Shown: positions 18,510 to 27,792 of the stretch, piece by piece
Layout: each line of letters begins with the position of its first letter
How positions within the stretch are numbered: position 1 is the stretch's first letter
Source: a virus
Taxonomy: Duplodnaviria; Caudoviricetes
Virus record (IMG/VR): IMGVR_UViG_3300032253_000248
Coordinates: 1 to 43,935 of that record
Reading direction: 5' to 3' (one strand)
Length of the DNA: 43,935 nucleotides
Position numbers and translations under genes: made by a program
The notes under the pieces: generated by a model
The model's input: the letters and a program-made list of their open reading frames with translations, nothing else
Database searches by the model: none
What the model was told of the DNA's origin: nothing

Positions 18510-19918
18510 GTTCCAGTCTCCATTAGTGATAAAATTGCTTCTGTCTGTTCACTTGCTTCTGGATAATTAAGTCCAGCATCAGTAAATTTCTTTTTCTCTT
18601 TTTGTCTCTCTTCAATTAGCTGGTCTATGTCTCGACCTTTTTTCCCTGCTTCTCTTGTGAGAGTTGTAAGACCAAGAGCTAATTCCTCTTTAATTGAGAT
18701 AATGTCTTTCACTGGGTCTACCCATTCTCTCGCTGGTGGTATCCATGATTTTTTTAGGTATTCTTCTTTATTGTTTAAGTAGTGAGATGGTTTGATAGAC
18801 TTCATATTTCCACTCATAACCATTGCAGTGAGCCATTTTTCAAAGTCAGGATTTTTAAAGTATGAAACGTGAAGAAGTTGCTCGTAATCAAATGTTTTGT
18901 GGTCTTGAATTAAGCTCGCTCTTGAAGATGCAAAATTAACCATGCTGTAGTCTCTAAATGCTAATTCGTAAGAGATTTTTCTTCCAGCCGCTATTTGTCT
19001 CATTACAGATACAAAAAAGTCTTTATAATCATCACCAGTAACAGATGGGTTTAATTGTTTTAACTCTTCATCTTTATTCATGTAATGGACACTTAAGCCA
19101 TTTATCTCAAGTAGTCTTTCATTTTGAACAGTGTTTGCATCTTTTCTATGCTTTCCAGCAAGACCAGCAGGATTATTTGAAGTTACATAATAAGGAAGCG
19201 ATGCTCTTGCTTCTGAACCAGCCAAAAGAGCATTTTGCCATCTATGGATATGACGAATATTTGCAACAATATGTCGATATTCACTAATGCCTCTGTATTG
19301 AGTGAACCTATTACTCATTTTTTGATACAAAATTGCATCTTCTACAGATAAGTTGTACTGTTTATTATTTGATGAGTTGTATAAGTGGTATTTAGATGGT
19401 CTACCGTATTGGTTCACTTCTACACCACTATAAATATTGTCGCCGTATTTGCTTGTATCAAAATTTGTTGTTTCAATAAACTGCAATTTAAGAGGATTGA
19501 TTTTATCGTCAGTCTGGACATAGTTTACAAGCACATCCCCATCGGTCATTCTTGCATTCATCAAAATACGTTCTGCATCAACGCCCGTGTTCATGCCTCT
19601 AATGTCGTAAAGGTCTTTGTTGTCCATTCTGCGTTTATATTTATCTTCTATCTCTTGAGCAGACTCTTTTGTTGGGGCAAGTGAGCGTATCATCATGCCA
19701 AGACCAAGAGAGTTGTTAATGATGCTGTTATCAATATTGTCTATCGCACCAATATTTTGACTCATCCATCTTGCAGTAGATGTTATTTCTGCTCTATCTG
19801 CCGAAACAGTATCTTCAAAAGGTGAAAGACCTTGTCTCATCTCAGCACTCTTACGAGTTTGCTTTGCACTTTCAAAGTATGATGCGTTTACTTCATTCAT
19901 ATCTTTAAACAGTTGCAT
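18506..19918 (-). CDS. Portal protein, lambda family
   Basis: QYRGIS, DYSMVNFASSRASL and WVDPVKD motifs. Confidence 0.93.
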   Translation of the reverse strand: MQLFKDMNEVNASYFESAKQTRKSAEMRQGLSPFEDTVSADRAEITSTARWMSQNIGAIDNIDNSIINNSLGLGMMIRSLAPTKESAQEIEDKYKRRMDNKDLYDIRGMNTGVDAERILMNARMTDGDVLVNYVQTDDKINPLKLQFIETTNFDTSKYGDNIYSGVEVNQYGRPSKYHLYNSSNNKQYNLSVEDAILYQKMSNRFTQYRGISEYRHIVANIRHIHRWQNALLAGSEARASLPYYVTSNNPAGLAGKHRKDANTVQNERLLEINGLSVHYMNKDEELKQLNPSVTGDDYKDFFVSVMRQIAAGRKISYELAFRDYSMVNFASSRASLIQDHKTFDYEQLLHVSYFKNPDFEKWLTAMVMSGNMKSIKPSHYLNNKEEYLKKSWIPPAREWVDPVKDIISIKEELALGLTTLTREAGKKGRDIDQLIEERQKEKKKFTDAGLNYPEASEQTEAILSLMETGT

Positions 19919-20096
19919 AGCTTCTCACTTTCACCCAAATAAGGAATAAAATAAAAACAAATTCAACTGAACTAATGCCCATACGGTATGCAACATCCCA
20001 CTCTCTAAAATCACATGAAAGATTTACGAATGCCACAAGTGAATAGATGATTAAAGTAAAGATTACGATTGGGATAATGTAATAATTATCAAGCAA
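19905..20096 (-). CDS. Small two-TM membrane protein (start uncertain, TTG 20096 likely)
   Basis: Two hydrophobic segments; fills the gap between gpW and portal, overlapping both. Confidence 0.5.
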   Translation of the reverse strand: MLDNYYIIPIVIFTLIIYSLVAFVNLSCDFREWDVAYRMGISSVEFVFILFLIWVKVRSYATV

Positions 20097-20316
20097 ACGA
20101 TAAAAAGTTTGTAGTGGTTGCTTCACCAGTATCTTCCTCTTCAATATAATTTCCACCAAAAACCGCTCTTAGGTCTTTTAATCTTTTTAATTCATTAACT
20201 AAAGGCGTGTAGTTTTTCTCATATTCAACCAAACCAGTTTTACTTTTCCCAATGGCATTCATTTGAGTCATTTGAGCAGTAATTAAAGAAATACGCTGGT
20301 TTAATGTTTGAGCCAT
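20089..20316 (-). CDS. gpW-like head completion protein
   Basis: 75 aa, helix-hairpin-helix pattern, upstream of a lambda-type portal. Confidence 0.55.
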   Translation of the reverse strand: MAQTLNQRISLITAQMTQMNAIGKSKTGLVEYEKNYTPLVNELKRLKDLRAVFGGNYIEEEDTGEATTTNFLSFA

Positions 20317-20358
20317 AAGTGCCTACTTGGTTATTTTAAAGGCAGAATATCTGTAAGT

Positions 20359-20389
20359 TTTGCCAAAAAATAGGGGGAAATTTGGCAAA
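20359..20389. promoter_or_regulatory. Inverted repeat upstream of the late operon (activator or terminase site)
   Basis: TTTGCCAAA-N13-TTTGGCAAA. Confidence 0.4.
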
Positions 20390-20476
20390 TTTGTTTAAAG
20401 TTCATATAATGGTTGCAAGAGAGTATTTTTTAGCAAAGAGCAAATAGGTGAAAAAAACTTGTGTAATCGTGAGAGT

Positions 20477-20523
20477 GCGGGGCTACGCCGACCCCTATAA
20501 GTCTACATACTCAGGGAGTACCT
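20477..20523 (-). other. Putative cos site (cosQ-like plus cosN-like)
   Basis: AGGTACT-N23-GGTCGGCGTAGC-CCCG versus lambda GGGTCCT-N23-GGGCGGCGACCT-CGCG (lambda recalled from memory). Confidence 0.7.
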
Positions 20524-20656
20524 TTTGCCCCCCTAAACCCTTATTGTGCGCCTCAAAATGGGTATTAATACTTTTTTATATCTCTTAAGCTTCAAATGTG
20601 CGCTATTTCCTGAAACTTAAATTTGATGATGAAATTTCTATACAAATTTATTAAAT

Positions 20657-20887
20657 ATGTACAACTCTTTTGGTTTTGTATATGATTTATATAATTATTT
20701 GAATGCTGAAAATGAACATCGTCCAGATAGCAGTATATACGAGGAAATTGACGGTACTTTAAAACAATATTATAGATTAGAAGACCAACTAGAAGAATAC
20801 CAATCAGAGGCTACTTATAGAAGTACAATTCTTAAAACAATGAATTCTCTAATAGAAGACAAAAAACATCTAGGCTTAATTAGTTAA
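20657..20887 (+). CDS. Hypothetical acidic protein
   Basis: 76-aa ORF, no clear RBS. Confidence 0.4.
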   Translation: MYNSFGFVYDLYNYLNAENEHRPDSSIYEEIDGTLKQYYRLEDQLEEYQSEATYRSTILKTMNSLIEDKKHLGLIS

Positions 20888-21058
20888 TTGTAAACAGACT
20901 CACACATTTAGACCCCTTTTTTTTACTGGCTTATTTACCCTCATTATGGTATTGAATGATTTATTTATATGATGGGTTATATCTGTATAGTGCTGAATGC
21001 TCTTACTATCGTTGATGTGAGGTTATTTTATTTGTGGGGTTGAATTACATAAAGGAAT

Positions 21059-21107
21059 AAAAAAAGCTCTTAACTATAATCTATCTAAAGACTATAATTA
21101 AAAGCTT
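21059..21107 (-). terminator. Intrinsic terminator of the accessory operon
   Basis: 19-bp stem whose three mismatches are all G-U on the minus strand, followed by a U tract. Confidence 0.7.
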
Positions 21108-21194
21108 GATATATCAGGCATAAATTAAAATAGATTAATCCATACCCATACAAATATAATTAGCATTATTAATTCATTGTGCATTATAGACCCC

Positions 21195-21395
21195 TTAATT
21201 CCCTTCTTCTAAATCATAAATAATATCTTCGTAATCATATGGGTTATCTAATACAACATACAAGGAATCATCTTGTTTTAATTTTTGTTCATAATCTTCC
21301 AGCGTCTTTTGTATTATTGATATTTCTTGCACTATTGTTTTAAGTGCTACTATTACACCCTCTTCTATTCCTATCACTGTCAATTGTGTTTTCAT
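21195..21395 (-). CDS. Hypothetical protein
   Basis: RBS GGGG; operonic with the upstream genes. Confidence 0.6.
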   Translation of the reverse strand: MKTQLTVIGIEEGVIVALKTIVQEISIIQKTLEDYEQKLKQDDSLYVVLDNPYDYEDIIYDLEEGN

Positions 21396-21397
21396 GA

Positions 21398-22105
21398 TTA
21401 CACCCCCTGCATAACAAAGCCATGCGCATATCTTGAGTAATAAGCGTCTTTACTTTGTTTCATAAAAATAGAAAAGCTTTTAAATGCTTCTTTTGTTAAT
21501 GTGTCCGCAAGTTTAAAAACTTTTAAAATTTCACCTGATCTAGTATGTTTAAAATCTTCCACGATTCCATTTTCAAAAATTGTCTCATTGCCTTTGCTGT
21601 CCCCAACTCCTTGCACTTTTTTAAGCTCTTCTTTATACATTGATTTATATCTTAAGTGATTATATAATCTATCTTGTTCGTCCATGTCATCAGTAACCAT
21701 ATGCGCGCTGTTATCATAATCGCTTACACTTATTTCTGCTTCTATCCCTAAATCTTCCATCCCTCTTTTTATAGCCTCTTTACTATACAAACGCTTGGTA
21801 AAAGCGTATTTGACATCACCATATGAACTATCATGATTTTTGTCATATTCATACATATCAATCATCCCATCAAAAGAGCCATATTTATACTTAGATATAA
21901 TAGTATCTATTACATCATCTACAACACCATCAATCCAAGCCACATTGACACTAGACCCACCAGTATAGCTTTCTGTAGTTACTTTGAATTTACAATTAGG
22001 GTACTTAGCCTTTAACTCTTTTCTAATATTTGCACCAGCTAGAGCATGGCTACTTTTTTTACTATCTTTCATTTTTTCAAGTTTAAAAGTTTTCATTTTA
22101 AACAC
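21398..22105 (-). CDS. LPD29-like (polyvalent-protein-associated) domain protein
   Basis: ANIRKELKAKYP.CKFKV, YTGGSSVNVAWIDG and GSFDGMIDMYEY motifs. Confidence 0.75.
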   Translation of the reverse strand: MFKMKTFKLEKMKDSKKSSHALAGANIRKELKAKYPNCKFKVTTESYTGGSSVNVAWIDGVVDDVIDTIISKYKYGSFDGMIDMYEYDKNHDSSYGDVKYAFTKRLYSKEAIKRGMEDLGIEAEISVSDYDNSAHMVTDDMDEQDRLYNHLRYKSMYKEELKKVQGVGDSKGNETIFENGIVEDFKHTRSGEILKVFKLADTLTKEAFKSFSIFMKQSKDAYYSRYAHGFVMQGV

Positions 22106-22367
22106 CTTTCTTTATTTCGAATAATTCTTTATAAAAGTTATAATTATGTGTTGTAAGTATTTTCGCTCGAAAATCATAATTAACTGGTGATGATGGCTCG
22201 TCATCTTCTGAAACACTATAAACAGTATTGTCCACTATTGTCATTTTATTTTTATCTCCATCTAATAAAAAAATAGGGTTATCAAATTCTCCCATATATT
22301 TAAACTCCATAAATCGCCCACAATTTAATTCCAACTGTAACCCATCGTATAATTTAATACTTTTCAT
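22098..22367 (-). CDS. Hypothetical protein (start likely ATG 22367)
   Basis: TAAGGA RBS at 22375-22380. Confidence 0.6.
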   Translation of the reverse strand: MKSIKLYDGLQLELNCGRFMEFKYMGEFDNPIFLLDGDKNKMTIVDNTVYSVSEDDEPSSPVNYDFRAKILTTHNYNFYKELFEIKKGV

Positions 22368-22408
22368 GATATAATCCTTATGTCTTAAATGCGAGAGCAT
22401 GGAGAGGC

Positions 22409-22495
22409 TTAAAGCCCCTCTTTTAAAATGTTTAGTATCTGAATGATTATTGCTAGTAATCTGATACATAAAACAAATGTTTTAAATGCTCTCAC
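22409..22495 (-). CDS. 28-aa hydrophobic peptide (type I toxin or leader-peptide candidate)
   Basis: AAAGGAG RBS, GTG start, MRAFKTFVLCIRLLAIIIQILNILKEGL; too short for the ORF track. Confidence 0.6.
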   Translation of the reverse strand: MRAFKTFVLCIRLLAIIIQILNILKEGL

Positions 22496-22709
22496 GGTTT
22501 TTAAACTCCTTTCTTAGAAGTTCCCACCAGCCCAAAATAACCCGTAACAAATAGTTAAAATCTTGTTACTCCAAAACTATACAAAAATGTTTAATTTAAA
22601 TTCTTAATCAAAAAATATTCATTACAAAGCCCTTAATTTAGGGATTAAAAAGACTTTTTATAATTTAAGTTTCAGAAGTTATACTTATATATAGAATTAT
22701 AGAATATTA

Positions 22710-22767
22710 TATAAGTGTTAGTAGACTCAAAAACATTTTATAAGTGTTAGTAGGGACAAAAACATTT
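22710..22767. repeat. Tandem 29-bp repeat, two copies
   Basis: TATAAGTGTTAGTAG(act/gga)CAAAAACATTT. Confidence 0.9.
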
Positions 22768-22866
22768 TATATTGGTTAATATGACTTGGTAGTTGACTGG
22801 TGTGAGGTGGTGCGAGCCGAGCAAGTGGTCTAACTTGCTTGACGAGTAGTTGCTACGAGTTGTTTA

Positions 22867-23616
22867 CTATTTCATAATCCATATGCCACTATACGAGCTA
22901 ATAGTTCCATCTGTAACCCATTGCCCATTTTTAAATGTGTAAGCTATCTTTGCTCCTTTTGATTTTAAACCATCAAAGCTACAACCAGTAGTTGAAGTCC
23001 CCACAAGATTCCATCCAGAAGATACAACTTTTGCCATCACTAATGAATTGCAATCAGTCGTACTTGGTGGAGCTGGTAACGATGTAGTTGCACCATATGA
23101 CTTTAAGTATAATGAGTATTGTCCAGTGTATGTTTCTGTAGATGAATAGGCTACAAAAAAGTATTTTCCAGCACTTAAGTTTTTACTAAAACTTTCATAT
23201 TTATCGCCAAATGCTTTGCCAGATAATTCATAAGCTAAATCATCTTTTACCAAATCATGATAAATATCCCAGCTTGCCCAAGTCGCTTCTTTCCCAGCTA
23301 TTGAATTTGCTGTAGCAATAGCAATCATTGCATCTGTAACTGTTTTTTGCTTAAATATTTTAAAATTGACCCAGCCATTATCTACAGTCTGTTTAATGTC
23401 TACAACAATCCCATCAGCTTCTTTTAGCTCAAACAAGAAAATATCAAAATCTCGACCAGTTTCAATTTTGCCTAAAAACTCAGTACCAACATCTACACCC
23501 ACTGGTCTTTCAAAGTCATTAGACCAATCATCAGTAATCAATGCTCTTACGTTTGGCTCGTTAGCCATTAAGAAATTACCAATAGCCAATAAAAATACTA
23601 ATAATATACTCTTCAT
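22867..23616 (-). CDS. Secreted protein with PPC-like beta domain (moron)
   Basis: Signal peptide; DFDIFLFEL...LSAGKYFF...GQYSL; Pro/Thr linker; SGWNLVG C-terminal domain. Confidence 0.65.
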   Translation of the reverse strand: MKSILLVFLLAIGNFLMANEPNVRALITDDWSNDFERPVGVDVGTEFLGKIETGRDFDIFLFELKEADGIVVDIKQTVDNGWVNFKIFKQKTVTDAMIAIATANSIAGKEATWASWDIYHDLVKDDLAYELSGKAFGDKYESFSKNLSAGKYFFVAYSSTETYTGQYSLYLKSYGATTSLPAPPSTTDCNSLVMAKVVSSGWNLVGTSTTGCSFDGLKSKGAKIAYTFKNGQWVTDGTISSYSGIWIMK

Positions 23617-23708
23617 TCAATATCCCTTTAACAAATAATAATTAATTGTAGTTTTAAGTATATTAAAACTATATTATATTTTTAACACTATTATAACTCT
23701 TTTATTAT

Positions 23709-25586
23709 TTAGAAATCATCCATTGTGTTTGAGCGAGAATTATATTTTACACCCTGCACTTCTGGGGAATTTACTTCTGGTGGTGTGTATTTCCTAAATC
23801 TAACTTCATTCTTTTCAATTAAGTATAAAACGATATACAGACAATCCCAGTAGTGGTTGAATGGGTGGCTCTTTTTTGGAGTCCATGCGTGACTGATTTG
23901 CTTTTTAGCATTAACAACCTCTTTCTTTATCTCACTGGTTAATGCCTCAGCTATACTGTCTTCTGCTTCTTCATGGAGCGTTAAAAGTCTCTTCCCAGTA
24001 TATTCATCACTTAATGACTCATCAATATACCTTTGCGCTCTATCCTTGAACATCTCAGTATTGATTACATGAAGTTTTAAACTATCCTCGTACTTTTTAC
24101 CATTCTCATCTGTCTCAAGAGATGTGATTTGGCTTATTGTACTCATTGACCTACTTGCGCCCTTTATTGGGATTACATTGAGAGCTTCACCATATCTTTC
24201 ATCAAATATTCTTTGGATACTTGGGTCGTCTTCCATTTCATAATGAAGATTGCTCATTTTCCTACAAAACTCATATACGAAATCTTTGTTATAACCACTA
24301 TCATCTGCCCATGTTTCAATCAAATGGAGTTCGCCGTCTGCATCATAATAGTTCTGCAAAACTTTACGCTCTTTATCTGCCTCAGTTTCAAGCCTTCCAT
24401 AATCAACGATATGCACTGAAAGATATTCATTAACTGCAACAACTACAAAATAGAAATGGTCTTTTTGAACATCTATCGCACCAAACATAGCCACGGTATC
24501 TTTTGGAACAATACCTTTTGGAATATTATTCTTAAGAGTCAAAATCTCATCAGCTTTTGTAGTTTTTTCTTCTCTTTCGTAAATTTTAGAAAACCAGCCA
24601 TTATAAACAGCTTCTTCCAGTTCTTCATCTCCCTCAGCATCTAACCACTCTAAAGCCAAATCTTCAATTGATACAAGATGAGATACAAATGAAGATGCTC
24701 TAAGCCCTACTGTTTTGGCTTTTTTTGGGTTTCCGCTTACCAGTTTCCACCCACCATTTTCTACAGCCTCTTTTTTTAAATTATTATCCCATTCTGCTTT
24801 ACAGTGAGGGCATACATATACTGCTTCTCTCGCATTTAAATATTTATCTTCTGTTTTAGGATGTTTAAAATTTTCAACAAAATCATCGACATGTTCTTTT
24901 TCACAAGCTGGACATTTTGAATAGTATTCGTACTTCAATTGAGACTCTTCATAACTTTTTACAATAGGGTCATTTTTGTAAATTGAAGTTGAAGTTTTTA
25001 TAATCTTTTTACCATAAGCCGAGAATGTTTTAGCTCTCTCTATAATCTGTTTTACATGGAGATGTTCAAACTCAGCAATTTCATCAAGATAGATAACTTT
25101 TGATGGCATAGATTTTCTATTCACTTTGCTATTTGCCCCAAGTATCCGCCCAACACCACCAACAAATCTTATATTTTTTGTATTCTCTTTAGCTTTATTT
25201 TGCTCTTTTACCTCTAATAGAGATTGTGCGTTTTTGGTTCGTTTAATTGCTGGTAAAATTCTATCTGTAGCTGTATAAGAGATTGCATTATCATTTGGCA
25301 AGAAAAACATAAAATTTGAAGGCTCTATGTCTATCATATAATTCATATGAACCATAGCAACTGTAGTTTTTCCAGATTGAGATGCAAACCAAAATGTATA
25401 TTCTGTTAAGCTGTTGTCGCTTAATAAGTTTAATGGTTTTCTTAGATGCGGGGCATATTTGAAATTAAACTTTCCACCACCAACTGCGCTATCACTCTCA
25501 AGAACATAATTCTCTTCTGCCCAAATATCTACTGGTATACTTTTTTTATATTCCAGTATAGCTAATGCTCTTCTACCTATTTTCAT
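23709..25586 (-). CDS. terL: Terminase large subunit, GpA family
   Basis: SQSGKT Walker A, IYLDE Walker B, CPAC/CPHC, GAIDVQ and NHYWDC nuclease motifs. Confidence 0.95.
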   Translation of the reverse strand: MKIGRRALAILEYKKSIPVDIWAEENYVLESDSAVGGGKFNFKYAPHLRKPLNLLSDNSLTEYTFWFASQSGKTTVAMVHMNYMIDIEPSNFMFFLPNDNAISYTATDRILPAIKRTKNAQSLLEVKEQNKAKENTKNIRFVGGVGRILGANSKVNRKSMPSKVIYLDEIAEFEHLHVKQIIERAKTFSAYGKKIIKTSTSIYKNDPIVKSYEESQLKYEYYSKCPACEKEHVDDFVENFKHPKTEDKYLNAREAVYVCPHCKAEWDNNLKKEAVENGGWKLVSGNPKKAKTVGLRASSFVSHLVSIEDLALEWLDAEGDEELEEAVYNGWFSKIYEREEKTTKADEILTLKNNIPKGIVPKDTVAMFGAIDVQKDHFYFVVVAVNEYLSVHIVDYGRLETEADKERKVLQNYYDADGELHLIETWADDSGYNKDFVYEFCRKMSNLHYEMEDDPSIQRIFDERYGEALNVIPIKGASRSMSTISQITSLETDENGKKYEDSLKLHVINTEMFKDRAQRYIDESLSDEYTGKRLLTLHEEAEDSIAEALTSEIKKEVVNAKKQISHAWTPKKSHPFNHYWDCLYIVLYLIEKNEVRFRKYTPPEVNSPEVQGVKYNSRSNTMDDF

Positions 25587-26092
25587 TCAAGCTCATTAAG
25601 TTCAATTAGAGATTTTTTCAACTCCTTTATCGCTTCTTCAAAAAGACTATCTGTTGTCTTTTTTATTTCAGTTCGACTTTTGTTTTCAAGGTCTATTGGT
25701 AAAGTTCTATTTAATTGTTTGAGCATTGATAAAAGCATCGCAAATACTTCTGCCATATTTGTATCCATCTCATCAATCGGTACATATTCTCTTTTAGTTT
25801 TTGCATTATCAAGTTGAAGTTTTTCTAATTTTTCTTCTTGTATTTGCTCTTCAATACTCGCCAACTTATTTTCTTCATCTGCTACATCTTTATCCAAAGA
25901 GTGTACTTTTGCAACATTATCCACATACCAATAAAAAGCTTCTGATAAATTATATTTTTTATTTCTACCAGATATAAGAGTTGGCATACCATCATTTACA
26001 TAATCTCTTACTCTTTGCCCAGTGACACCAAGAAGAGCCGCTAATTCTTTTGTTCCACCAATCAGCTTACCGCTTTCAACTTCCGCTGACAA
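25583..26092 (-). CDS. terS: Terminase small subunit, Nu1-like
   Basis: ELAALLGVTGQRV...GMP winged HTH plus coiled coil; overlaps the terL start. Confidence 0.85.
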   Translation of the reverse strand: MSAEVESGKLIGGTKELAALLGVTGQRVRDYVNDGMPTLISGRNKKYNLSEAFYWYVDNVAKVHSLDKDVADEENKLASIEEQIQEEKLEKLQLDNAKTKREYVPIDEMDTNMAEVFAMLLSMLKQLNRTLPIDLENKSRTEIKKTTDSLFEEAIKELKKSLIELNELE

Positions 26093-26372
26093 TGTATCTC
26101 ACTTTTCTTGCTGTAGTAGGGAGTATATCTATGCGCTGCGCGATAATTTCATATGCCGACCCATTAGTTAATGTTTTTCTATCTATTTTTGGCGATAACT
26201 CTTCCCAATGTTTCAACACTTCTCTTCTCCTAATTACTTCTTTAAAATTACCTACATAAACTTCTGTGCCTGAAACCCTGTTACTTAGTTCTTTCAAGAC
26301 TTCATCTCTGCCTTCAAATGTTGAAAGTTTTTCTGCTAAAAATTCCAGTAATGAAAAGTTATTATCACCCAT
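26076..26372 (-). CDS. Mor/C-like late transcription activator
   Basis: SGTEVYV resembles the GGxxIYIP linker; C-terminal HTH; late-regulator position. Confidence 0.55.
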   Translation of the reverse strand: MGDNNFSLLEFLAEKLSTFEGRDEVLKELSNRVSGTEVYVGNFKEVIRRREVLKHWEELSPKIDRKTLTNGSAYEIIAQRIDILPTTARKVRYIVSGS

Positions 26373-26455
26373 TTCAAATATCCTTCTGGTTTATTACTGC
26401 TATCTTTGTTCTTATGCAGGATATGCAACGGTATGTGTATTTTTTATCGCTCATG

Positions 26456-26842
26456 CTACTTCCCCAAATCTTTAACCTCTATCAAACACTTATGTTCACT
26501 GATCCCACCAAATTTAAAATGAACTTCTTTTACATAGTTGATTGAATCATCTTTTATAATCCCATGATTGACTAAGGTATCTAGGAAAAATTTGTCAATA
26601 ATGCTTCCGAAGTTTGTTAAGTCTCTGCGAATTCTGTCTTTAAAAAATATTGTGTAAGTAACAGATATTTTATTTGAAACCATCTTCTTACGTCCATTGA
26701 TTGCTGAATGCCAAATATAACTTTCATATTCTTTCTTAGCCTTATTTGAGACAAAATGATGCAAGTTACGATATTTATTCATTGAGAGTAATTTCGTTTT
26801 CCCTTTTTCTTCATATGTTGGCAATGGTAAAACTATTGTCAT
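26456..26842 (-). CDS. rusA: RusA-like Holliday junction resolvase
   Basis: RRDLTN...KFFLDTLV..GIIKDDS motif. Confidence 0.8.
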   Translation of the reverse strand: MTIVLPLPTYEEKGKTKLLSMNKYRNLHHFVSNKAKKEYESYIWHSAINGRKKMVSNKISVTYTIFFKDRIRRDLTNFGSIIDKFFLDTLVNHGIIKDDSINYVKEVHFKFGGISEHKCLIEVKDLGK

Positions 26843-27186
26843 ACTAATGTCTCCAAATATTCTTGATAAATTTTGTCTGCAAAATCATTTTGAATTTTCA
26901 TGCTGAATTTTTCTCGCCATTTTCTAGGATTTCCATGTGGGCTAAGTTCACCAAGACGATGATGTTCTACTCCACAAAGAGGGATTAATCGCTTATGGTT
27001 CTTTTTGTCTACGCTGTTAAGTTTTACGTGATGCCACTCAATGCCGTTTTGTTTTCCACATGCGAAACATTTGTATGGTTGGTCTTGTAGCCACTGGAGA
27101 TATTCCATGTCGTCTATGTAGTCTTTAACATCTACTTTTGAACTGTTGTGAAACTTTTCCCATTCTTTGAAGTTTGCATTGCTCAT
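26839..27186 (-). CDS. Zn-binding HNH-like nuclease (DUF968/Ref-like)
   Basis: YLQWL...CFACG...EWHH...LIPLC..HH. Confidence 0.7.
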   Translation of the reverse strand: MSNANFKEWEKFHNSSKVDVKDYIDDMEYLQWLQDQPYKCFACGKQNGIEWHHVKLNSVDKKNHKRLIPLCGVEHHRLGELSPHGNPRKWREKFSMKIQNDFADKIYQEYLETLV

Positions 27187-27791
27187 GCTGGCATCTTTGA
27201 ATTACTAACTGCACTTCCAAGCATTGTTGTAACCTTGTTTGCCTGTGGATTTAATGCTGGTACTGTTTGAGGCTTAGGTAATTGATAACCAGCTATAACT
27301 TGTGAAATTTCCTTAACGACTCCATTTTCCCTCTCTGCTATTCCAATTAAGTGTGTTGGGTGGCTCTCACGTTTTGCATAAACTTTGTAAAGTTTTGGTA
27401 TTTCTTTTTTAGCCCACTTCCATTCATCTAAATCCATTTTGCATACATATGCCCAACCGCCTAAACTATCAACCACACTATTTATTACTGGGTCTTGAAA
27501 AGTCACACTTCTATATGCACCAGCTCTACTAATTGCTCTCTCAATATCTTCAATTGCTAATATTGCTATTGCATCTGTATCAGGCATTGAATATTCAAGT
27601 ATCTCTGCTGGTTTTGGTAATGATGCATATTTTCTACTGCTTAGTATATTTTCTATTGAGCGATTAAACTCTTGTTCATCCATGTGTTTAAGAACTAACC
27701 AATATCCCTCAAGTAAAGGTTTAGTTGGTTGACGTTCGTACATTTCGCAAAGCATAACCATTGCTTCAGATAACTTTTTTTTAGTAAGCAT
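27183..27791 (-). CDS. Helicase loader-like protein (DUF6475-like)
   Basis: LPKPAEI, GAYRSVTFQDP and LGGW motifs; follows the initiator. Confidence 0.7.
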   Translation of the reverse strand: MLTKKKLSEAMVMLCEMYERQPTKPLLEGYWLVLKHMDEQEFNRSIENILSSRKYASLPKPAEILEYSMPDTDAIAILAIEDIERAISRAGAYRSVTFQDPVINSVVDSLGGWAYVCKMDLDEWKWAKKEIPKLYKVYAKRESHPTHLIGIAERENGVVKEISQVIAGYQLPKPQTVPALNPQANKVTTMLGSAVSNSKMPA

Positions 27792-27792
27792 T

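Noticed and set aside
22368-22469. N-terminal extension of ORF 22098..22469
   Set aside because: A strong RBS precedes ATG 22367; the region is better explained by the 28-aa peptide and its RNA structure
22710-22767. Mini CRISPR array
   Set aside because: Repeats are directly adjacent with no spacer; no cas genes
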